Source: an uncultured Jutongia sp. (GTDB lineage Bacteria; Bacillota; Clostridia; Lachnospirales; Lachnospiraceae). Taken from it: DNA of 64,000 bases. The stretch is from the NCBI GenBank assembly GCA_964521555.1, contig CAZFSU010000011.1, positions 18,219 through 82,218 on the forward strand, in the 5' to 3' direction. The notes beneath the pieces were generated by a model that ran no database searches, was not told where the DNA came from, and saw only the letters and a program-made list of their open reading frames with translations. The position numbers and the translations under genes were made by a program. Below are positions 20,480 through 29,420 of the stretch, in pieces; positions within the stretch are counted from its first letter, which is position 1; every line of letters starts with the position of its first letter.

Positions 20480-22390
20480 GTGAAGAAAGAAACAGACAAA
20501 CGTACAGAGATAGAGAAGGAGGAGAGTAAGCCTAAGAAGAGAATTATCCGTAGAACGACCAAGACGGAGAAAGCGGCAGGAAAGGCGGCGAAAGTCACCA
20601 AGACCAAGGAAGACAAGGCAGAAAAAGCGGGTGTGAAAGCAACCGCGGAAAAAAAGAGACTGGTGGCCAAGACTGCGGTATCTGCCAGAAAAACAACAAC
20701 GAAGAAGGTGCCAAAGAAGAAGGAAAAAATCGAATTGGGGCATGGTCTGAAAATCATTCCATTGGGCGGCTTAGAGCAGATCGGTATGAATATTACTGCT
20801 TTTGAGTATGAGGATAGTATTATTGTTGTGGATTGTGGTTTATCCTTTCCTGGGGATGATATGCTGGGAATCGATCTGGTGATTCCGGACGTGTCTTATC
20901 TGAAGGAAAATATAGAGAAAGTAAAAGGGTTTGTGATTACTCATGGACATGAGGATCATATTGGTGCATTACCCTATGTACTGAAAGATGTGAATGTACC
21001 GGTCTATGCAACGAAATTAACGATGGGATTGATTGAAAATAAGTTAAAGGAGCATACGTTACCAAAGCCGGTCAAACGCAAGGTGGTACACTATGGTCAA
21101 TCCATCAATCTGGGATGTTTTCGTGTAGAATTTATACGGACGAATCACAGCATTTCAGATGCGGCAGCCCTGGCGATTTTCTCTCCTGTGGGAACTGTGG
21201 TGCATACTGGTGATTTTAAGGTGGACTTCACTCCGGTGAGTGGTGGAACCATTGATTTGCAACGCTTCGGAGAGCTTGGCAAAAAAGGAGTGTTGGCCCT
21301 GATGGCAGACAGTACCAATGTGATGAAGCCGGGCTTTACCATGTCGGAACAATCGGTGGGTAAGACCTTTGACAATATTTTTGCGGAGAACGAAAAAAGT
21401 CGTATCATTGTGGCTACTTTCGCATCGAATGTGGATCGTGTACAGCAGATTATCAATTCGGCAGATAAATTTGGACGTAAGGTGGTAGTGGAAGGACGCA
21501 GCATGGTCAATGTGATTTCCACCGCTACAGAGCTTGGTTACTTAAATGTACCGAAAAATATCATTATTGATATGGAACAAATGAAGAATTATCCACCGGA
21601 AAAGTTGGTGCTGATTACGACAGGGAGTCAGGGAGAGGCTATGGCGGCATTGTCTCGTATGGCAGCGAATATTCACCGCAAAGTATCAATTCAGCCGGGA
21701 GATGCGGTGATTTTCAGTTCCAGACCGATCCCGGGGAATGAGAAGTCAGTATCCAAGGTGATTAATGAACTATCAGAAAAAGGTGCCAAGGTGATTGTAC
21801 ATGATACCCATGTATCAGGACATGCCTCCCAGGAGGAGATTAAATTAATTTATTCATTGGTGAAACCGAAGTATGCGATTCCGGTGCATGGTGAATATCA
21901 ACATCTGAAGGCGCACGCAGAACTGGCGCAACAGATGAATATCCCAAAGGAAAACACGATCATCTTATCTTCCGGTGACGTGTTAGAGATCACCGAGGAC
22001 TATGCCCAGAAAGTGGGGAAGGTACAAGCGCAGGGCATTATGGTGGATGGTTTGGGAGTTGGCGACGTTGGCAATATTGTCTTACGGGATCGCCAGTATC
22101 TATCCGAAAACGGATTAATCATTATTGTTTTAACATTAGAAAAATATACGAATCAGTTATTAGCCGGACCGGATATTGTATCGAGAGGTTTTGTCTATGT
22201 GAGAGAGTCTGAGTATCTGATGGATGAAGCCAGAGAAATTGTATTTTCCGCATTGGAGCGATGTCTGGACAGTAATGTTTCAGATTGGACGAAGATCAAG
22301 ACGGAGATCAAGGATAGTCTGAGTGATTATTTGTGGAAAAAGATGAAAAGAAATCCAATGATTCTGCCGATCATTATGGAAGTGGAATAA
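20480..22390 (+). CDS. rnj: Ribonuclease J with a Lys-rich N-terminal extension
   Basis: 'ITHGHEDHIGALP' metallo-beta-lactamase motif, beta-CASP and C-terminal domains. The canonical 'LKIIPLGGLEQIGMN' begins only about 89 codons after the GTG start at 20480. Confidence 0.9.
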   Translation: MKKETDKRTEIEKEESKPKKRIIRRTTKTEKAAGKAAKVTKTKEDKAEKAGVKATAEKKRLVAKTAVSARKTTTKKVPKKKEKIELGHGLKIIPLGGLEQIGMNITAFEYEDSIIVVDCGLSFPGDDMLGIDLVIPDVSYLKENIEKVKGFVITHGHEDHIGALPYVLKDVNVPVYATKLTMGLIENKLKEHTLPKPVKRKVVHYGQSINLGCFRVEFIRTNHSISDAAALAIFSPVGTVVHTGDFKVDFTPVSGGTIDLQRFGELGKKGVLALMADSTNVMKPGFTMSEQSVGKTFDNIFAENEKSRIIVATFASNVDRVQQIINSADKFGRKVVVEGRSMVNVISTATELGYLNVPKNIIIDMEQMKNYPPEKLVLITTGSQGEAMAALSRMAANIHRKVSIQPGDAVIFSSRPIPGNEKSVSKVINELSEKGAKVIVHDTHVSGHASQEEIKLIYSLVKPKYAIPVHGEYQHLKAHAELAQQMNIPKENTIILSSGDVLEITEDYAQKVGKVQAQGIMVDGLGVGDVGNIVLRDRQYLSENGLIIIVLTLEKYTNQLLAGPDIVSRGFVYVRESEYLMDEAREIVFSALERCLDSNVSDWTKIKTEIKDSLSDYLWKKMKRNPMILPIIMEVE

Positions 22391-22439
22391 TGGAAGTTTG
22401 TGGCAACCACACAGGAGGAATAGGGAAAGGACAGAGAAG

Positions 22440-22781
22440 ATGGAAGAAACAAAGGTTTTGATGGACCAGATGGTGCAGAGAATCAAAAGCACAAAAGAAT
22501 TTAATCAGTATCAAAATCTGTTGCGTCGGGTGAAGGAACAGCCGGATCTGTATCACCGGATCGGTGAATACCGACGTAGAAGTCTGGCAGTCCAAATGTG
22601 GAGTGGCGAAGATTTTATTGCAGAAAACAATAACCTGCAAAAAGAATTTGCGGATTTGCAGAATAATGGACTGGCAGGAGAGTTTCTGGCTTCGGAGCAT
22701 CAGTATTGCAGCCTGATTAAACAGCTTCAAAATCAATTCTTAGAAGGGGTGCAGATTGATACTTCGTTTTTGGAGGAGTAG
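22440..22781 (+). CDS. YlbF/YmcA-like helical protein
   Basis: 113 aa. The 'STKEFNQYQNLLRRVKEQPDLYHRIGEYRR' pattern resembles the Com_YlbF family. Assigned by eye only. Confidence 0.45.
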   Translation: MEETKVLMDQMVQRIKSTKEFNQYQNLLRRVKEQPDLYHRIGEYRRRSLAVQMWSGEDFIAENNNLQKEFADLQNNGLAGEFLASEHQYCSLIKQLQNQFLEGVQIDTSFLEE

Positions 22782-22825
22782 TTTATCTGGTGTTGGCATC
22801 GGCAAGATGGATGAGGAGGCGTGGT

Positions 22826-23218
22826 ATGATATATCATCAGTATATTCGGAGAACCCTGAATTCGCTACGCTTTTTATTGGCACTTTGTGTCAATCTGATG
22901 GTTAGCATATTGATCATCTATGGGATTGGGGCAGCTTGTATGCAGGGGTATCATTTCTGTTATGAGATTTTTGGTTCGGTGGTGGTAGAAGATGCACCAG
23001 GCACAGAGCAGTCCTTTCGGGTGATGGAAGCCGATAACATGTGGGAAACAGCAGTCCGTTTGGAGCAGGATGGTCTGATTGTGAACCGATACAGTTTTTA
23101 TCTTCGGACGCGATTGATGGATGAGAAAGCTGTGGTACTGAAACCGGGGGAATATGTACTGAATACCAGTATGACATATGAGGAGATTATCAACCAGTTG
23201 ACCGCCAGCGGTTCATAG
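22826..23218 (+). CDS. MltG/YceG N-terminal-domain-only membrane protein
   Basis: TM helix plus 'LEQDGLIVNRYSFYLRTRL...LKPGEYVLNTSMTYEEIINQL', which resembles the LysM-like N-domain of MltG. No catalytic domain follows. Confidence 0.55.
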   Translation: MIYHQYIRRTLNSLRFLLALCVNLMVSILIIYGIGAACMQGYHFCYEIFGSVVVEDAPGTEQSFRVMEADNMWETAVRLEQDGLIVNRYSFYLRTRLMDEKAVVLKPGEYVLNTSMTYEEIINQLTASGS

Positions 23219-23237
23219 GAAGATGAGAGGGGAGAGC

Positions 23238-23906
23238 ATGATAGTTGAGGAAAGATTAACCACATATATTGATTCGATTTCCTGGCATATCCCGGCGTAT
23301 CTTCAAGAGGCAGAAAGACAGGCATTGTCAGATGGTGTACCGATTATCCGGCGTTCGATGCAGTCTCTGCTGCAATTTCTGCTGGCAGTGAAGAAACCAT
23401 CCTCGATTTTGGAGATCGGGACAGCCGTGGGGTTTTCCAGCATGTTGATGAGTGAATGTGTGACAGACAATGTTTCCATTGATACGATAGAGAAAGTGCC
23501 GATACGCATCCGGCATGCCAGAGCAAACTTTGAGAAATATCATAAGTCTGACAGGATTCATTTGCTGACAGGAGATGCAGGAGAAGTTTTACAGCAGTTG
23601 GCAGAGCAGGGAAAACAATACGAATTTATTTTTATGGATGCGGCAAAAGGCCAATATCCTAATTTTCTTGTTCCGATTTTGACCTTATTGTCAGAAGATG
23701 GTATGCTAGTAACGGATAATGTACTACAGGATGGTGATATTATAGAATCGCGTTATGCGGTCACCAGAAGGGATCGGACGATTCATGGACGTATGCGCGA
23801 CTTTTTATATACTTTGACACATTCGGATGATTTGCAGACTGTGATTCTTCCGGTGGGAGACGGAGCGGCAGTTACTGTGCGCAGACAGAAATGTGAGAGT
23901 CAGTAG
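23238..23906 (+). CDS. Class I SAM-dependent O-methyltransferase (YrrM/TrmR type)
   Basis: 'ILEIGTAVGFSS' and 'FIFMDAAK' motifs, with a position equivalent to B. subtilis yrrM. Confidence 0.75.
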   Translation: MIVEERLTTYIDSISWHIPAYLQEAERQALSDGVPIIRRSMQSLLQFLLAVKKPSSILEIGTAVGFSSMLMSECVTDNVSIDTIEKVPIRIRHARANFEKYHKSDRIHLLTGDAGEVLQQLAEQGKQYEFIFMDAAKGQYPNFLVPILTLLSEDGMLVTDNVLQDGDIIESRYAVTRRDRTIHGRMRDFLYTLTHSDDLQTVILPVGDGAAVTVRRQKCESQ

Positions 23907-23967
23907 CGCAGACACGGCATTTGTATTTTGGTGAATGAACAGCAATATGAGACTGGGAGATAGGAGT

Positions 23968-25215
23968 ATGTTAGAGAATGGAAAGCCGGAATTGCTGGTG
24001 CCAGCCAGTAGTTTGGAAGTCTTGAAAGTGGCGGTGATCTATGGAGCGGATGCTGTATATATCGGCGGTGAGTTATATGGACTCCGGGCAAAGGCGAAGA
24101 ATTTTTCAAAAGAAGAGATGGCAGAAGGGATACGGTTTGCACATCAATATGGTAAACGGGTCTTCGTGACAGCGAATATCACGGCACATAACCGGGATTT
24201 GGAAGGAGTGCGGGAATATTTTCGGGAATTAACGGAAATTGGACCGGATGCGTTGATTATTTCTGATCCGGGCGTGTTTACCATCGCGCAGGAAGTATGT
24301 CCCCAGATGGAGATCCACATTAGTACCCAAAGTAATAATGTGAATTATGAGACATATTTGTTTTGGCAGAGATTAGGAGCGAAGCGTGTCGTATCCGCCA
24401 GAGAACTTTCGATTCAGGAGATTGCGGATATCCGGGCGCATATTCCGGACGATTTGGAGATCGAGACATTTGTGCATGGTGCGATGTGTATTTCTTATTC
24501 CGGCAGATGCCTGCTCAGCAACTATTTTACAGGCAGAGATGCGAATCTGGGGGCTTGTACCCATCCATGCCGTTGGAAATATTATATTATGGAGGAAAGC
24601 AGACCGGGAGAGTATTTGCCGGTGGAAGAAAATGAAAGAGGTACCTATATATTTAATTCCAAGGATTTGTGTATGATTGAGCACATTCCGGATCTGGTGA
24701 AGGCGGGGATTGACAGTTTTAAGATCGAAGGGCGTATGAAGACTGCGTTATATGTGGCAGACGTGGCTAGAACTTATCGCCAGGCCATTGATGATTACTT
24801 TGTATCACCAGAACTGTATCAGTCGCGGATGGATTATTATAAAGAAGAGATTTCCAAGTGTACTTATCGTCAGTTCACCACTGGATTTTTCTATGGACCG
24901 ACAACACATGAATCGCAGATTTATGATAATAATACGTATGTCAAAGGATATACGTATCTGGGGTTAGCCGGTCCAAAAGATGCAGACGGATATGTGACGA
25001 TGGAACAGAGAAATAAATTTTCTGTGGGGGATCAGGTGGAGATCATGAAGCCTTCCGGGGAAAATCTCTGTGTGGTGGTTCAGGGGATGTTAGATGAATA
25101 TGGTCAGGCGATGGATAGTTGTCCGCATCCCAAGCAGATATTTAAGGTATTATTTAGTCAGGTTCCAGACGAGATGGATCTGATCCGTGTTCGGGCGGAA
25201 GAGCCTGTAGAATAA
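23968..25215 (+). CDS. Peptidase U32 family protein (YrrO/TrhP type)
   Basis: 'ELLVPASSLE...GADAVYIGG' and 'ETFVHGAMCISYSGRCLLS'. Confidence 0.85.
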   Translation: MLENGKPELLVPASSLEVLKVAVIYGADAVYIGGELYGLRAKAKNFSKEEMAEGIRFAHQYGKRVFVTANITAHNRDLEGVREYFRELTEIGPDALIISDPGVFTIAQEVCPQMEIHISTQSNNVNYETYLFWQRLGAKRVVSARELSIQEIADIRAHIPDDLEIETFVHGAMCISYSGRCLLSNYFTGRDANLGACTHPCRWKYYIMEESRPGEYLPVEENERGTYIFNSKDLCMIEHIPDLVKAGIDSFKIEGRMKTALYVADVARTYRQAIDDYFVSPELYQSRMDYYKEEISKCTYRQFTTGFFYGPTTHESQIYDNNTYVKGYTYLGLAGPKDADGYVTMEQRNKFSVGDQVEIMKPSGENLCVVVQGMLDEYGQAMDSCPHPKQIFKVLFSQVPDEMDLIRVRAEEPVE

Positions 25216-25268
25216 ATACGAGGGGAAGGAAAGATATAAGCCAGTGTATACGAATGGAGGAAAAACCG

Positions 25269-25493
25269 ATGGTGAAAAATGTACGAATGAGATTGTTGTT
25301 AGTTATGCAGTTGCTGACAGAGAGCACAAATTCTACGCAGGGTGTTACGATGCAGGAAATCGTGAGTTTTGTGAATGAGCAGGGCTTCGCCGGTGAACGC
25401 AAGAGTGTCTATGAAGATATACATGCGTTACAGGAATTTGGCTTGCCGATTGCCTATTATTCACAGGACAAAACGTATCGTTTCCAACAGTAA
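25269..25493 (+). CDS. Stand-alone winged-HTH protein
   Basis: 74 aa. 'VTMQEIVSFVNEQGFAGERKSVYEDIHALQEFGLPI' resembles the N-terminal HTH of WYL/DeoR-type regulators. Confidence 0.45.
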   Translation: MVKNVRMRLLLVMQLLTESTNSTQGVTMQEIVSFVNEQGFAGERKSVYEDIHALQEFGLPIAYYSQDKTYRFQQ

Positions 25494-25538
25494 ATTAATT
25501 AAATGATATCAGCACAGGAGAAAGGAATCTTAAGCATT

Positions 25539-26996
25539 ATGACAGTACAGGAAAAGTATTTACAGATCGCGGATGAAGTGATTGCAAAAGGGCCTTACAA
25601 GCCGGATTGGCTGACTTTTGCAGACTATGAGACACCAAAGTGGTTTAAGAATGCCAAGTTTGGTATTTTTATTCACTGGGGATTGTTTAGCGTACCAGCA
25701 TTTCGTAATGAGTGGTATTCCCGTAATATGTATATTCAGTCTATGGAGGAATGGGAGTATCACCGCAAAAACTTTGGAGAGCATACGGAGTTTGGATATA
25801 AGGATTTTATTCCGATGTTTACAGCACCTAAATTTGATCCCGTGGAATGGGTGAAGCTGTTTAAGAAAGCCGGTGCGCGTTATGTCATGCCGGTGGCAGA
25901 ACATCACGATGGTTTCCAGATGTATGATTCTGAGATCAGTGAGTGGACCAGCAAGAAATTAGCGATGCAGCGTGATGTGTTGGGAGAATTAAAGGAGGCC
26001 ATTCAGGAGGAAGGAATGGTATTCTGTGAGTCCAACCATCGTGTAGAGCATGCGTTTTTCTTCGGACATGGGCGTGAGTTTGAAAGTGATGTGAAGGATC
26101 CGATGCAGCTTGGTGATTTCTACTATCCTGCGATGGAAGAACCGGATAATCAGGACTTATACAGTCCGGCACCACCGGAAGACTTTTTGGAGGATTGGCT
26201 GGCGCGTAATGTGGAACTGGTGGAAAAATACCGTCCTGCGATGGTTTACTTTGACTGGTGGGTACAGCATGAGTCGGTAAAACCATATCTTTTGAAATTT
26301 GCAGCATATTATTACAACCGCGCATTGGAGTGGAATATGCAGGTGGGAATTTCCTATAAGCATGATGCGATGATGCTGGGGACTGGTATTCTGGATATGG
26401 AACGCGGACACTTTTCGGATGCGAAGCCGTTTAGTTGGCAGGCAGATACTTCTATGGCATTTAATTCCTGGTGTTACACTGCACAAAACCGTTTTAAGAG
26501 TACAAAAGATATCTTGCAGGATCTGGTGGATATTGTCAGCAAAAACGGTTGTCTCCTGCTGAATGTGGGACCAAAGGCAGACGGTACGATCTGTGAAGAA
26601 GAAGTACAACTCCTGACGGAGATCGGTGAGTGGATGGATGTGAATGGGGAAGCGATTTACGATACACATCCTTGGCGTGTGCAGGCAGAGGGCAATACCG
26701 AGGTGGTAGAGGGGATGTTCTCAGAGGAAGGACGAAAAGATTTTGATTCCACCGACATTCGTTTCACTTGCAAAGGGGATTGCATTTATATTATTCCGAT
26801 GCAGCAGCATGGGGAAGATGTAATCGTCAAAAATATGGGAGAAGACAGTAAGGATTTTCACGGTATTATCACGGAGTTTACAGTGCTGGGATATGATGAA
26901 AAGCCGGAATATACCAGAGAAGCAGACAAGATGATCATCCATGCACCTTTCGTGGATAGTGACAAACCAGTGGTATACCGGATGCGGTTAAAATAA
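25539..26996 (+). CDS. Alpha-L-fucosidase (GH29)
   Basis: 'AKFGIFIHWGLFSVPA' and 'VAEHHDGF' signatures. Confidence 0.85.
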   Translation: MTVQEKYLQIADEVIAKGPYKPDWLTFADYETPKWFKNAKFGIFIHWGLFSVPAFRNEWYSRNMYIQSMEEWEYHRKNFGEHTEFGYKDFIPMFTAPKFDPVEWVKLFKKAGARYVMPVAEHHDGFQMYDSEISEWTSKKLAMQRDVLGELKEAIQEEGMVFCESNHRVEHAFFFGHGREFESDVKDPMQLGDFYYPAMEEPDNQDLYSPAPPEDFLEDWLARNVELVEKYRPAMVYFDWWVQHESVKPYLLKFAAYYYNRALEWNMQVGISYKHDAMMLGTGILDMERGHFSDAKPFSWQADTSMAFNSWCYTAQNRFKSTKDILQDLVDIVSKNGCLLLNVGPKADGTICEEEVQLLTEIGEWMDVNGEAIYDTHPWRVQAEGNTEVVEGMFSEEGRKDFDSTDIRFTCKGDCIYIIPMQQHGEDVIVKNMGEDSKDFHGIITEFTVLGYDEKPEYTREADKMIIHAPFVDSDKPVVYRMRLK

Positions 26997-27006
26997 AAAG
27001 GTTGTT

Positions 27007-27036
27007 AGAGCGGTCAGACCAATTTCTGATCGCTCT
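27007..27036 (+). terminator. Hairpin after the fucosidase gene (possible terminator)
   Basis: 12-bp stem AGAGCGGTCAGA / TCTGATCGCTCT with one G-U pair and no clean U-tract. Confidence 0.35.
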
Positions 27037-27064
27037 TGGTATATGAAAAAGAAGGAGGTTAAGC

Positions 27065-28681
27065 ATGAAACAGATGATTAGTAGGAGAGCAGTCAGTCTG
27101 TGTCTGGTGGCGGGATTGTTGTGTGTCAGTGTAGCCATACATGTCTCGGCAGCTTCCGGGACACCCAGAGTGAAGAAACAGTGTAAGCTGGTGGTGGGAC
27201 AGAAACAGTCGTTAAAAGTCACCGGGAAACGAATTAAGTCAGTCTCTTTTAGGAGCACGAAACCTAAGATCGCTTCTGTCACCAAAAAGGGAAAGGTAAA
27301 AGCGCGCCGGGCAGGGAAATGTCAGATTCAGATTAAGGTCAAATACAAAAAGAAGGCAGCCTCCCGGAAATATGTGGTGAAAAAGCTGTATTGTAATGTG
27401 GTTGTAAAACAAACAGGGAATACAGGCAAGAAGGTCACTGCCGCACCTGGCGGACAAAAGCCGGAAGACGGAAAAATTCAGGCAACGGCTGTGCCTGCGG
27501 ATTCAGAAGCCACCACTAAGCCGATGCCTACGAAGAAGCCGGTATCTACTTTTGTACCAGATGAATTTTCCGCACAAATTGCAGATGCCTCCATTCGTCT
27601 ATTGCAGCAAAGCAGTCAAACGAGAATTGCTTCCGGGGAGAATGTATTAATCTCGCCGGAATCCATTATCACGGCCGTGACGATGGCGATGAATGGTGCG
27701 GCAGGGGATACGTTAGAGGAAATGCAGGCGGCACTGGCCGGGTCATTGTCTTTGGATGAATTTAATCAGACATTATCCGAGTATAACGACCGACTGGCCA
27801 ATGCAAAGGAGACCAAGTTCCATATCGCCAATTCCATCTGGATGCGGGATGATGCAGAGCGGCTGACAGTCGAGGAAGACTTTTTGGAGAAAAACCGGCA
27901 GTATTATCATTCCGAATCCTATCTGGAACCGTTTGATCAGAGTACAGTCCAAAAGATCAATGACTGGGTAAATACCAATACCGATGGGATGATCCCACAG
28001 ATCGTGGATTCTCTGTCGGGGGATGAAGTCATGCATTTGATCAATGCCCTGTGTTTTGAAGGGCAGTGGCAGACACAATATGAGACGCCTCAAGAGGGGG
28101 AATTGTTTACTAATGCAGCGGGGCAGAAGGAAAATGCCAGGATGCTTGAGGCGAAGGAAAGCCAGTATATCTGTGATGATCAGGTGACTGGTTTTGTGAA
28201 GCCTTATAAAGGTGGCGAATATGCATTTATGGCCTTATTGCCGGATGAGGATATCTCTCTGGCAGATTATGTCAAGAGTTTAACCGGAGATACCGTTCTG
28301 AATTTGTATCATGAAAGACAATACCAGGAAGTGCTGACCAGAGTACCGGAATTTTCTTATGACGATTGTCTTGATTTGATCCCGGCTCTTTCGGCTATGG
28401 GGATTTCAAAAGCGTTTACCACAGACGCAGATTTTAGCAAGATGGCAACTACTTCCACCGGCGCACTCTATATCAGTCGTGTATTGCACAAGACACACAT
28501 TGAGTTGGATCAATATGGTACCAAGGCTGCGGCTGTGACCGATATTGCCATGAATGACTGTGCATTGGTGATAGGAGCGGATAATCCAAAGGTGTATCTG
28601 GATCGGCCGTTTGTCTATGCGATCGTGGAGACGGATAGTGGTCTGCCAGTGTTTATCGGTGCTGTGAATACGGTACAGTGA
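27065..28681 (+). CDS. Secreted Big_2-domain / serpin fusion protein
   Basis: Signal peptide, a Lys-rich Ig-like (Big_2) module, a P/T linker and a serpin core with hinge 'GTKAAAVT' and 'DRPFVYAIV'. Confidence 0.85.
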   Translation: MKQMISRRAVSLCLVAGLLCVSVAIHVSAASGTPRVKKQCKLVVGQKQSLKVTGKRIKSVSFRSTKPKIASVTKKGKVKARRAGKCQIQIKVKYKKKAASRKYVVKKLYCNVVVKQTGNTGKKVTAAPGGQKPEDGKIQATAVPADSEATTKPMPTKKPVSTFVPDEFSAQIADASIRLLQQSSQTRIASGENVLISPESIITAVTMAMNGAAGDTLEEMQAALAGSLSLDEFNQTLSEYNDRLANAKETKFHIANSIWMRDDAERLTVEEDFLEKNRQYYHSESYLEPFDQSTVQKINDWVNTNTDGMIPQIVDSLSGDEVMHLINALCFEGQWQTQYETPQEGELFTNAAGQKENARMLEAKESQYICDDQVTGFVKPYKGGEYAFMALLPDEDISLADYVKSLTGDTVLNLYHERQYQEVLTRVPEFSYDDCLDLIPALSAMGISKAFTTDADFSKMATTSTGALYISRVLHKTHIELDQYGTKAAAVTDIAMNDCALVIGADNPKVYLDRPFVYAIVETDSGLPVFIGAVNTVQ

Positions 28682-28864
28682 TGGTGGACTTGTGTTTCCC
28701 ATTGCCGCATTGGTATGGTTCATCAATATAGCTTGGAAACATACCTAGAAACAGGACATTGTTGTTATATAATAAGTGCATCAACGATATATCACATGGA
28801 GTAATATTGTTGCTGCACTTATTTGTTGTTTCATGATATGAGAAAAATTGACAGAAAATAATTG

Positions 28865-28893
28865 TGTAACGAAACCGCAGGTCAAATCGTTTC
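28865..28893 (+). promoter_or_regulatory. ECF-type promoter candidate upstream of sigma factor 1
   Basis: TGTAAC (28865-28870), 17-nt spacer, CGTTTC (28888-28893). The same TGTAACGAAA element occurs at 49948. Confidence 0.4.
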
Positions 28894-28921
28894 ATATATA
28901 GGAGGTGAGAGAGAGTAAAAA

Positions 28922-29419
28922 ATGAAAAAAACCAGACAAGAGTTTGAGGTCATGTATCAAAAGTATGCCAGACAAATCTATCGCTATATCTTAAAGCTTT
29001 GTAAGAATCCGGTGGAAGCAGAGGACATTCTGCAAATCACTTTTTTGAAGGCGATCGAAAAGTCAGACTCCTTCGATGAAAAATGTAAGCTTACGACATG
29101 GTTGTGTAGAATCGCTCATAATGCCTGGTTAGATGAGCGAAAAAAAAGAGATAATCGCAATACTTCTCTCTACGAGGCGGGGCCTATGGTATCGGATGAT
29201 TTTACTGAGCGGATTCTGGATGAAGCAATCGCAGCGGATTTGCACAAATTATTGGATCAACTCAGGGAACCATACCGTGAAGTGCTTCTGTTGAGGATAT
29301 ATGGAGAATTGTCGTATCGCGAAATTGGAGATGCTTTTGGTAAATCAGAAAATTGGGCAAGAGTAACCTATTACAGAGGGAAAGAACAAATGAAATGTTT
29401 GTGGAAAGGAGATGGGTGA
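28922..29419 (+). CDS. ECF-type RNA polymerase sigma factor (paralog 1)
   Basis: Region 2 'EDILQITFLKA...WLCRIAHNAWLDERKK' and region 4 'SYREIGDAFGKSENWARVTYYRGK'. Confidence 0.85.
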   Translation: MKKTRQEFEVMYQKYARQIYRYILKLCKNPVEAEDILQITFLKAIEKSDSFDEKCKLTTWLCRIAHNAWLDERKKRDNRNTSLYEAGPMVSDDFTERILDEAIAADLHKLLDQLREPYREVLLLRIYGELSYREIGDAFGKSENWARVTYYRGKEQMKCLWKGDG

Positions 29420-29420
29420 T

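Noticed and set aside
20282-20757. Two minus-strand ORFs (153 and 130 aa) opposite the 5' end of rnj
   Set aside because: They are artefacts of the low-complexity AAG/GAA-rich region that encodes the Lys-rich RNase J extension. Their products are Phe/Leu/Ser low complexity.
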